Virus record (IMG/VR): IMGVR_UViG_3300031707_000003
Span: 47,678 to 111,677 of that record
From: a virus
Length of the DNA: 64,000 bases
Strand: one strand, 5' to 3'
Shown: one piece after another, positions 48,401 through 55,230 of the stretch
Layout of the letters: the number at the start of each line of letters is the position of its first letter
How positions within the stretch are numbered: position 1 is the first letter of the stretch
Notes under the pieces: generated by a model
Told to the model about the DNA's origin: nothing
Seen by the model: the letters and a program-made list of their open reading frames with translations, nothing else
The model's database searches: none
Position numbers and translations under genes: made by a program

Positions 48401-48561
48401 TCATGGCGCTGGAACCCAACGGTAAACTGCTCCAACTGACGGATAGTAACGGCACCGTCATCGTGGACCCGGCGTTGGGGGTGCGGATCAACCCGGAACA
48501 CCTGGTTCAAAGCCTCTTCCATCTCAACCTGGGAGACGGGGGCTTCGTCGAAGAACCCTAG
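45466..48561 (+). CDS. polA: Family A DNA polymerase with 3'-5' exonuclease
   Basis: ExoI 'LDLET', ExoII 'WNGQFD', ExoIII 'YGASD'; motif A 'DYAGQELR', motif B 'RKAGKIANFALIYG', motif C 'VHDE'. Confidence 0.95.
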   Translation: MPVEEIDDELLAALNESQASTPQPSASPALSVEDEGIDEVSPPVAARAVSAPATSLEEEGIDEVPPPAVALAPPPQARPADDDDFGDTLETFVQTSGLQQEREVPDIQKPWMKFHKFIRCQTVAEVEEIVDAALAHGRCALDLETQGLDNRIVWDEHGNPSTVHQIVGFCISVDGVTGYYIPIRHKNFDGPDLNVPVAGVEAAIKRLCLAAQPQGTAESIAKDPLSFPQFTIPPQVVIYFWNGQFDQEFLFPITGIDWWHPDSWEDGMLANFTRYAADKALGLKYKAPEVLRDPEGNVYEMTELKDLFIRGMDIAFGNLAPDEPGVIKYGASDAICTYLLCDDPRPHEKKRENLIKLVKTKHAFTYRLEKQVAQAVRGMERHRVKVHRGRIKELYDEHVLERDSILQRIQEFGATKGWHGLDPNSSKQLSDFLFTDGPNCCNITITATKDYPGGKPPKNEKSGQYKTDADTLEGMVAENAHAPPVLKWVVEFRGVEKIIGTYLTHLLNNPDKNDELRFSFKQTGAGTGRFSAPANADKLDHGFGGIPIHGIPGESSLRKTFIARPGYTIAKCDYAGQELRIAANVSGEPVWLREFLEGDGDLHSITARAFYGTQDITKDQRKAGKIANFALIYGGGPQAIMRATGCDKVEGSRRKQAFDKSVPTFAGWIKKQHAAVKRDEGVTTAFGRWLAVPDANINTGVPEHDRMVQAACERYSTNYPIQGAGADIMKISMVLLHKEFFKRGWLRTGGDDSVRMLMTVHDEIVFEIKHDRVAEAIPLIVKVMESPTKLAKPSWRVPLIVEPLIGPNWGSGYKCEHAKPGHGPKPNEILVQGFIYGRIRVVDLGKDKPEESDGEVEDFRDEKGKKIGIRIVDPPWLRNVTPDDPNAPPGEAPPEGGSEGEPPKSPSATPGPTDADSPVDLAAEGIPTEVAPPVTAPPPAPKHASPPAAAKKNGKSRVVTMKIWRLNGLTVKQVRMACFMALEPNGKLLQLTDSNGTVIVDPALGVRINPEHLVQSLFHLNLGDGGFVEEP

Positions 48562-48593
48562 CCAAACCTACGGTTGAGGCGTATCTTCAACCC

Positions 48594-49211
48594 GTGAGTT
48601 TTCGACGCCTCGACATGCTCCCTGAGTGCAACCTGAACGGTGCACCTCTGGACGTGTTTGTTGCGGAGTGCTGCCAGCGCTGCATCAATCCCGAGTGCAC
48701 CCGAAGCCAATTCGGGGGGAGCAAGTTCGATCAGAGGACGGGGACCTGGCTCCAGCGGCTCTTCACGGAAGTCCCCAAGCTTCAACCCAACGACCCGAGA
48801 TTTCAAGCGATTGCAGGTCAGAAGTTCCTCACCATCGACGCAGGCCGGACTCCCGAGGTCCGGTCCACTGTCTGGGTCGACCCTCGGGACCTTGAAACGG
48901 CGTCCGCGCAGGTCACAGCTCCGCCTGTTGTGGAGCCCACACCCTCTCTAGTTGTCGCTACAGCCGAGGCTCAGCCCGAGACTCTGGATCCCCCGGCGAC
49001 AAATACCCCACAACCTACGCCGCCTCGAAAATCCGTCCCGCGTCACATGGTTCTCGCCAACGCACCTTCACAGTCAGGCAAGATCATCCGGCCTGAGACC
49101 TCTTCCGCACCTCCGAAAGACGCGTGGGCAGGCCCTCTTGCATCTCCGGACGCGAACATTACCGTGATTAAGCCAGGGGCGACTGTGAAGCTAGGGGGCT
49201 CCGGTGTATAG
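48594..49211 (+). CDS. Hypothetical protein with a Cys-rich N-terminus and Pro-rich C-terminus
   Basis: 'ECN...CCQRCINPECTRS'; GTG start 10 nt after a GGCGTA motif variant. Confidence 0.6.
   Translation: MSFRRLDMLPECNLNGAPLDVFVAECCQRCINPECTRSQFGGSKFDQRTGTWLQRLFTEVPKLQPNDPRFQAIAGQKFLTIDAGRTPEVRSTVWVDPRDLETASAQVTAPPVVEPTPSLVVATAEAQPETLDPPATNTPQPTPPRKSVPRHMVLANAPSQSGKIIRPETSSAPPKDAWAGPLASPDANITVIKPGATVKLGGSGV
49201..49208 (+). promoter_or_regulatory. CCGGTGTA motif upstream of the DUF2997 gene
   Basis: Exact 8-mer, 38 nt before ATG 49247. Confidence 0.6.
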
Positions 49212-49246
49212 ATCCTCCAGAGGGGCAGCCCTCTGAAAAGGAAGCC

Positions 49247-49429
49247 ATGTCAGATCCGATGAAGTTCAAGGCGGTCATCAAGCAAGACGGCACCGTCGTC
49301 ACCGAAGTACTCGATCGCGGGCAGCATCTCTGCGGCGAAGTGTACAAGGTGACGAATGCCATCGGGAAGCAGCTCTCCGACGAGGAGATCGGCCCCGAGT
49401 GCGATACGGTCAACGAGATCATCACCTGA
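49247..49429 (+). CDS. DUF2997-like small protein
   Basis: 'FKAVIKQDGTVVTEV...G..C..V...IG' matches the DUF2997 pattern; adjacent to DUF1257- and Ycf46-like genes. Confidence 0.7.
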   Translation: MSDPMKFKAVIKQDGTVVTEVLDRGQHLCGEVYKVTNAIGKQLSDEEIGPECDTVNEIIT

Positions 49430-49471
49430 GCGCCTAGGCGCTCGTCACCCGAAAGAGAAGAGGAAGACACC

Positions 49472-49798
49472 ATGTCTCACCGCGTTACCACCCAGACCGA
49501 GATCAAGGACAAGAACTTCGCCGTGCAGGCTCTCAAGTCTGCGGGCCTCTCCTACCGCGAAGTAGGCGAGCAGATCCACATCACGAGCGGGCGTCTGGCA
49601 AACGCAACGCTCGACCTCCGTTCGGGGCTGATCTCGGGTGACACCGATCACGGCCACAGCTCGGAGACCCTGGGCATGCTCCGCCAGCACTACTCGGAGG
49701 CGAAGTACCGCGCCGAGTGCCAGAAGCAGGGCATCTCGGTCGAGAGCCGCACGGTCAACAAGGAAGGGCACATCGTCCTCATGTGCTCGATGGCCTGA
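49472..49798 (+). CDS. DUF1257/Ycf35-like protein
   Basis: 'MSHRVTTQTEIKD...QAL...LRQHYSE...QGISVES...EGHIVL' matches the Ycf35 pattern. Confidence 0.75.
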   Translation: MSHRVTTQTEIKDKNFAVQALKSAGLSYREVGEQIHITSGRLANATLDLRSGLISGDTDHGHSSETLGMLRQHYSEAKYRAECQKQGISVESRTVNKEGHIVLMCSMA

Positions 49799-49827
49799 AT
49801 CGGGCCACCTCAACTGAGGGCTAACGG

Positions 49828-49864
49828 GGCCCGCTTCTCGAAAGGGAGGCGGGTCTTCGTTTTT
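49828..49864 (+). terminator. Rho-independent terminator
   Basis: GGCCCGCTTCTC-GAAA-GGGAGGCGGGTC 12-bp stem (with G:U pairs) and GNRA loop, followed by TTCGTTTTT. Confidence 0.8.
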
Positions 49865-49872
49865 CCGGTGTA
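49865..49872 (+). promoter_or_regulatory. CCGGTGTA motif upstream of the Ycf46-like ATPase
   Basis: Exact 8-mer immediately after the terminator, 27 nt before ATG 49900. Confidence 0.65.
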
Positions 49873-49899
49873 CTAACCATCTAGGACCCACAACCCAAA

Positions 49900-51471
49900 A
49901 TGAACGCCGACCTCCTCTTCCACCTCCGCTCCCTCTCCCGGATGATCTACTTCGTCACCGAGGAAGAGGATCGTTTCCTTCTCAAGCTGAAGGACACCCT
50001 CAAGAGGTTCGCCCCTCGTACGTACGTGTACAACGCAGCGTTCGGCTTGGTCGGTCTCGACAACCTGACGCGGGACTGGGGAACGCGAGCCCACGCGGTT
50101 GCGCCGGATCTCCAGGGCATCCACGACGCGCTCATCCACATCTACAAGGATGACCCGAAGGACGAACAGAACTTCTACATCATCACGGACCCTGAGCGGT
50201 GGCTGAAGGACGATCATGTCCAGCGGCGCATCCTCAACATCGTCCACCAGCTTCACAACGACATCCGCACGATCAAGATCATGATCTTCGTCGGCCAGCG
50301 GAAGTACATCCCGGAGAAGCTCTCCCGCTACATCGAAGTCGTGCATGACACCGGCCTCGGTACCGAAGAGATCGGGACCATCGTTCAGCAGGCGTGCGAG
50401 CACCTTCAGATCCAGCCGCCGGAAGACGCGGAAGAGCTGTTCCGTGGGCTCACGAGCTACGAAGTCGATGCGGCCATCGCCCAGTCCATCGTGAAGACGA
50501 AGAAGGACAAGAGCGCTCCCAAGCGGATCGATCCAGCCTACATCGCCGAATTCAGGCGTCGGCAGCTCCGTAAGACGGATCTCGTCCAGCACATCGACAC
50601 GTCGGCCTTCACGTTCGACAAGATCGGGGGAGCCAATCGCTTCAAGGCATGGGCTCGCAAAATCAAGGCGGCCTGGACTCCAGAGGGCCGCGAGGCGGGC
50701 TTGGAGCACCCTAAGGGCGTCCTCAACGTCGGCGTGTGGGGGACGGGCAAGTCACTCTCCGTGAAGTGCCTCGGCTCTGAGTGGGGACTCCCTGTCGTCT
50801 CGTTGGAGATGGGGCGCCTTCGGTCGTCAGGTGTCGGCGAGTCCGAGGCCAACGTCTACCGTGCGCTTCGGATCATCGAGTCGGCGGCGCCCTGCATCGT
50901 GTGGATCGATGAAGGGGAGAAGTCTCTTTCGGGTGGGCAGTCGTCCGCTCAATCGGACGCCGGCACAACCAACCGGACGATCGGCATCTTCTCGACGTGG
51001 CTCCAGGAGACCAAGGCGAAGGTCACACTCGCCATCACCGCGAACACGCTCAAGACCCTTCCGGTCGAGTTCGTCAACCGCATGGATGAGCGGTTCTTCT
51101 TCGATCTTCCGTCGGAGGAGGAGCGGATCGACATCTTGAAGATCCACCTGAAGCAGCGCAACCTCGATCCTATGAAGTTCGACTTGGCCATGTTGGCGGA
51201 CAAGGCCCGGAGCATGGTCGGTCGCGAGATCGAGCAGTGCATCAAGGCGGCCCTCGTCGAGTCGTTCGACCAGAAGAAGAAGGGGCTCGATCAGGACATC
51301 TTCGCGGTCGAGTTGGCCCGCAAGCCGCGCATCGTGAAGACGATGGTGGACGAGATCAAGGAAGTCCTCGATTGGGTCGGTTACGACCCTGACGTGGACG
51401 ACGGCATCCGTGCACGCTTCGCTTCGGATCCCAACCGCAAGGGTGGGGCCATGAAACTCGTCGAGGGGTGA
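49900..51471 (+). CDS. Ycf46-like AAA+ ATPase
   Basis: Inactive N-terminal AAA-like region ('YFVTEEEDR'), then 'PKGVLNVGVWGTGKS', 'GVGESEAN', 'PCIVWIDEGEK', 'TANTLKTLPVEF', 'FFFDLPSEEERIDILKIHL'. Confidence 0.85.
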   Translation: MNADLLFHLRSLSRMIYFVTEEEDRFLLKLKDTLKRFAPRTYVYNAAFGLVGLDNLTRDWGTRAHAVAPDLQGIHDALIHIYKDDPKDEQNFYIITDPERWLKDDHVQRRILNIVHQLHNDIRTIKIMIFVGQRKYIPEKLSRYIEVVHDTGLGTEEIGTIVQQACEHLQIQPPEDAEELFRGLTSYEVDAAIAQSIVKTKKDKSAPKRIDPAYIAEFRRRQLRKTDLVQHIDTSAFTFDKIGGANRFKAWARKIKAAWTPEGREAGLEHPKGVLNVGVWGTGKSLSVKCLGSEWGLPVVSLEMGRLRSSGVGESEANVYRALRIIESAAPCIVWIDEGEKSLSGGQSSAQSDAGTTNRTIGIFSTWLQETKAKVTLAITANTLKTLPVEFVNRMDERFFFDLPSEEERIDILKIHLKQRNLDPMKFDLAMLADKARSMVGREIEQCIKAALVESFDQKKKGLDQDIFAVELARKPRIVKTMVDEIKEVLDWVGYDPDVDDGIRARFASDPNRKGGAMKLVEG

Positions 51472-51472
51472 C

Positions 51473-51829
51473 GTGGGGCTGATCAACACACGGAGGAAGC
51501 TCCTCGTAGGGAAGGTCAACGAGAGCCTCTTCCGTGATTTATTCCGCGCTACCAAAGCCGCTGACTTCGCGGAGGTCGAGCGCTTGAAAGCCACCCTCAA
51601 GAAGTCGCAGGAGGAGTGCCTCCACCCGTCGACGGAGCATAGGACTGCGAAGAGCATCCCCGGCGGCCCCACGAAGCGGTACAAGAAGGGGGACTGCCTT
51701 TCGTGGTGCTTCCGGTGTGGTAAGATCCTGGAGCACAACGGCAAGGAGGTTGGCGAGGAGCTACCCCTTACGGTGTGGGAACGCCTCCTCGATGGCGAAT
51801 CCCCCTTCGATGAGGCTGGTGATGTCTGA
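51473..51829 (+). CDS. Hypothetical zinc-ribbon protein with a C-terminal TVWERLL motif
   Basis: CLH...CFRC; ends 'PLTVWERLLDGESPFDEAGDV'. Confidence 0.55.
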   Translation: MGLINTRRKLLVGKVNESLFRDLFRATKAADFAEVERLKATLKKSQEECLHPSTEHRTAKSIPGGPTKRYKKGDCLSWCFRCGKILEHNGKEVGEELPLTVWERLLDGESPFDEAGDV

Positions 51830-52994
51830 CAAGCTCGCCAAGGTTGACCCTCAGGTCAGTTCGCTTGCCCGGCCTGAGTCGGGCCCTCTCCTTGCGGCTC
51901 GTCAGAACATCAAGCGGCAACCGGACGCTCAAGCCATCTTCGCGAAGTCCCGCGAGGAAAACTGGAACGCCGACCAACTCGCCGAGGCTCTCCAACCCGT
52001 TCTCGAACTGCACGTCGAAGGGGACTCGGCGGCTATTGCTCAGGTTGCCAGGTACTTGGCGGACGAGTACTTCCAGATCGGCGACGGCATCCTCATCATC
52101 TCGACCGAGACCGGTAAGGCCATCGCCAAGATCACGGAGGATGACATCTGGGTTCCACCCCCGGTCCCCCGCGAGGGTGGTGGCATGGTGCAGCCTCTCC
52201 CACGGCTTCGACCGGAGCTGGAGGGACTCCTCGTCGAGTGGGTGTTCAACCGTGGTCGGGAGCAAGCCCTGGCTGCCACGCTGGCGCGTCGGTCACACCA
52301 AACGGCCCTTCTCCGGGAGGAGGGGGACCGAAGGCTCCTGCCGGTCACCAAGGCGGGCAGGAGGCAAATCGTGGACGCCATCAGTGACGCCCTTCCCGAG
52401 CTTCTCCCTGGGCAATGCCAAGGGCTCAGTCGGGAGTTCCTCTCCCACTTCGAGTTCCGGCAAGACGACCCAGAGGACTTGAAGCCTTTGCTGCGGTGCG
52501 TCGGACTCTCGAAATCGCTCATCCCCCTTCAAGACCCGCGTGGTCTCAACCTTCGCCACGATCACTTCACGGCCGTTACCGCCCGCATTGCCTCCCAGTG
52601 GACACGCGAGATCGCCCGCAGCGTGGCCGTCTTCGCTCGGCAAGAGCTGCAACCCCGTCCCATGGCGTACCGCGATCTCAAGCCTGAGAACGTGCAAGGC
52701 GCGTTCTGGACAGGGGAGCCCAATACAGTCGAGCTGTTCCACAAGACCTCTCCCGGAGTGAGCGCACTCCCCGTCGATGGGGCTCCAGCAACGGGGTTTT
52801 CAGGCATCGTGGGGGCCATCGTCATCGACCCGGCTTCGTACAAGTGCTCAACCCGAGAGTTTCACGACCGGTGGGAGATCATGGCGAAGTTCGAGTACAC
52901 GGTCTGGATCGACTGGGCCAAGGTGCGCTCGCTCGTCATCGACGACGTTCCCATGTCGGGGCTGTCTGTCGAGGTTCTCGATCGCGCGAGATAG
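51822..52994 (+). CDS. Hypothetical protein (possibly a divergent capsid-fold protein)
   Basis: ATG at 51822 after GAGG (MSDKLAKV); 390 aa; see findings. Confidence 0.55.
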   Translation: MSDKLAKVDPQVSSLARPESGPLLAARQNIKRQPDAQAIFAKSREENWNADQLAEALQPVLELHVEGDSAAIAQVARYLADEYFQIGDGILIISTETGKAIAKITEDDIWVPPPVPREGGGMVQPLPRLRPELEGLLVEWVFNRGREQALAATLARRSHQTALLREEGDRRLLPVTKAGRRQIVDAISDALPELLPGQCQGLSREFLSHFEFRQDDPEDLKPLLRCVGLSKSLIPLQDPRGLNLRHDHFTAVTARIASQWTREIARSVAVFARQELQPRPMAYRDLKPENVQGAFWTGEPNTVELFHKTSPGVSALPVDGAPATGFSGIVGAIVIDPASYKCSTREFHDRWEIMAKFEYTVWIDWAKVRSLVIDDVPMSGLSVEVLDRAR

Positions 52995-53027
52995 AGCTTT
53001 GATAGGCCTACTTGGGGTGTCCGTCAC

Positions 53028-53282
53028 ATGGGTTACTACTCGTTCATCGTCCAAGCTCCTGGGGAGGTAATCCTCGAAAAGCAAAGGGTAATCCTCGATC
53101 AAGGTATGAACGCTTTCAATGCGCTCATCGACGATCTCGACGTGTTTCTCGTACTCCTCAAGAAAGAGGGGGTGTCCGTCACGAAGGTGAACCGGCTCGA
53201 CATGCACGAACCCGTCACACCTCAACCGGAGATCCTGGAGGCTCAACAGGCGTATGTCCTACCTACACGGGGAGATGATTGA
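53028..53282 (+). CDS. Hypothetical protein
   Basis: 84 aa ORF filling the gap, preceded by a late-type motif. Confidence 0.5.
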   Translation: MGYYSFIVQAPGEVILEKQRVILDQGMNAFNALIDDLDVFLVLLKKEGVSVTKVNRLDMHEPVTPQPEILEAQQAYVLPTRGDD

Positions 53283-53538
53283 TCGTGAGGCGGCCCGTAA
53301 GCTTGCCCTGGACTACTTCGCCCGTCACGAGAACCGCGTCATTCTCGTGGGCCAGGTATCTCTGCACATCGCCAACGGTTACGGCCTGAACAAGACCGAA
53401 CGCCTCCTCGAAGAGATGGTCCGCGAAGGCATCATCCAGAGGGCATCCCAAGCCGAGCAGAAGGCCGCCGGGTATCGTGATGGCTACGTCTTGACGTCGC
53501 TCGGTGTAGAAGTAATACGTGGGCGTCCGCCAGCGTAA
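53275..53538 (+). CDS. Small winged-helix-like protein
   Basis: 'TERLLEEMVREGII...GYVLTSLG' wHTH-like pattern; ATG at 53275 after GGGGAG. Confidence 0.5.
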   Translation: MIDREAARKLALDYFARHENRVILVGQVSLHIANGYGLNKTERLLEEMVREGIIQRASQAEQKAAGYRDGYVLTSLGVEVIRGRPPA

Positions 53539-53773
53539 GCAAACACTCCTCGTTGTTCTGAAGGCACACACGTTGAGTGGTAGGTTGTCGGCTGAACAAG
53601 CGGTCACCTTCGAGGCGATGTACCGGCGTGCTCGCACCCCCGAGGAACAAGATCAGGTCACCAAGGTCGTTCACGACATGATGGAGGGTTGGCGGACAGG
53701 GACCGACCGGTTCTCCCGGCTCCGGCAGGCCATGAACGATCTCGATGAACTAGCGGACGACGATGGGGAATAA
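53519..53773 (+). CDS. Hypothetical helical protein
   Basis: GTG start 10 nt downstream of a TCGGTGTA motif. Confidence 0.5.
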   Translation: MGVRQRKQTLLVVLKAHTLSGRLSAEQAVTFEAMYRRARTPEEQDQVTKVVHDMMEGWRTGTDRFSRLRQAMNDLDELADDDGE

Positions 53774-53797
53774 AGTCCCTTTCAACGGGCACCTGCG

Positions 53798-54463
53798 ATG
53801 AGTTACTCGTACGATCGCCGTGCAGCCACGGATCCAAAGAAGCTCTTGGTGAAGATCGTCCATGACGCCGAAAAAGACCTGAAGGAATTCCTCGCGTCTC
53901 TCCCGCCCGAGGCTGAACCATACGGTCGGGTCAACACCAATTTCGAGTCACCGCCTCCAAGGGGCGGGTACGGGCCGTATGAGACAGGATCGATCTCCTT
54001 CCTTGCAGGCCTCAAAGGTGGGGGACGACCTGTCGACGTTGAATTTTCAGCGAGTGTTGTGGTGAACCTCACGGATGGAGTCGTCGGGATCGGTGCGAAG
54101 TCCCGCAACCACACCCTCGAAGGCTTGTTGAGCCAAGGGACGATCAAAGACGCTCCTGCTCGGCTCAAGAAGGTGCTCACCTTTTTCAAGGAATCGCTGG
54201 CGACAGAAGCCCGTCGCATCCAACAGCAGACGAAGGTGCAGACGAAGGAACCGGAGTCGGAAGAAGCCTGGTCCGTCGTCACCTTGGGAAAGGGCCATAG
54301 CTACGCCACCGAGGTTGACGTCTTCACCTCGAAGTCCAAAGCCGAGCAAGAGGCGAAAGACCGTGGGGATTGCTACGTCGTGAAAGGGACTCAGATGTGG
54401 AACGAACCGCTGGGGCAGGTCGAGGAGCACGATCGCAACGTCCCGTCCAAGTTCTTCCCCTAA
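53798..54463 (+). CDS. Hypothetical protein with a YSYDRR leader
   Basis: MSYSYDRRAA... Confidence 0.65.
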   Translation: MSYSYDRRAATDPKKLLVKIVHDAEKDLKEFLASLPPEAEPYGRVNTNFESPPPRGGYGPYETGSISFLAGLKGGGRPVDVEFSASVVVNLTDGVVGIGAKSRNHTLEGLLSQGTIKDAPARLKKVLTFFKESLATEARRIQQQTKVQTKEPESEEAWSVVTLGKGHSYATEVDVFTSKSKAEQEAKDRGDCYVVKGTQMWNEPLGQVEEHDRNVPSKFFP

Positions 54464-54473
54464 ATGGTGTCGG

Positions 54474-54481
54474 CCGGTGTA
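54474..54481 (+). promoter_or_regulatory. CCGGTGTA motif upstream of the nucleotidase-thyA operon
   Basis: Exact 8-mer, 13 nt before ATG 54495. Confidence 0.65.
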
Positions 54482-54494
54482 GCCGCCGCGATCG

Positions 54495-55229
54495 ATGGCA
54501 AGACGCAAGCGGCTTCTTATTGATGTCGACGAAGTTCTCGTAGACTTCCAGACCCCCACCTTCGACATTATCCACAGGCTGCTGGGGCGTCGTCTCAGGC
54601 CCGAGGACTATGAGGTGTGGGACATGTTCGGCCTCTTCACCGACGAAGAGCGGACGGCCATCTTCACCGAGATCGAGCAGCCGGGCTTCTGTCGGGCCTT
54701 GAAGCCTACGCCGGGTGCTCGCCTTGCCGTCGAAGAGCTGCGTTCGCTTGTGGACGTCTTCCCGGTGACCAGCCACTTCCACAGTCAGACGTGGGTGCAC
54801 GAGCGGGACGCCTCGCTGAAGGAGCACTTCGGCTTCACGAAGCGAGAGATCGTTCACACGGGTGCGAAGTTCTTGGTTGCAGGTGACTACTTCCTCGACG
54901 ACAACCCGAGCCACGTCGAGGGGTGGGTAGCCGAGCATCCTGACGGGTGCGGGATGCTTTGGCACATCCCCAACACGCGGACGCTGGGCTTCGAGGACAT
55001 TCGCATGCACTCGTGGGGCGGTGTCATCGAACGGATCAAGACGACGCTGGACCGGCCGACGGTCTACGACCTCCTTGACGAACGGGAGTGGTCTCGCGAG
55101 GGGGATCCCTACCCAGCCGGCAACTACTGCCAGACGTGCGGTGCATCGGAGAGGGGGAGCAAAGTCCCCCGTCACAAGGATGGGTGCCTCGTGGACAAGG
55201 TCCTCACGTGGCATCGAAATAGAGGATGA
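54495..55229 (+). CDS. 5'(3')-deoxyribonucleotidase (NT5C, HAD family) with a C-terminal Cys/His extension
   Basis: 'LIDVDEVLVDF', 'LKPTPGA', 'VTS', 'K..VAGDYFLDDNP'; tail 'CQTC...H...C'. Confidence 0.85.
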   Translation: MARRKRLLIDVDEVLVDFQTPTFDIIHRLLGRRLRPEDYEVWDMFGLFTDEERTAIFTEIEQPGFCRALKPTPGARLAVEELRSLVDVFPVTSHFHSQTWVHERDASLKEHFGFTKREIVHTGAKFLVAGDYFLDDNPSHVEGWVAEHPDGCGMLWHIPNTRTLGFEDIRMHSWGGVIERIKTTLDRPTVYDLLDEREWSREGDPYPAGNYCQTCGASERGSKVPRHKDGCLVDKVLTWHRNRG

Positions 55230-55230
55230 C

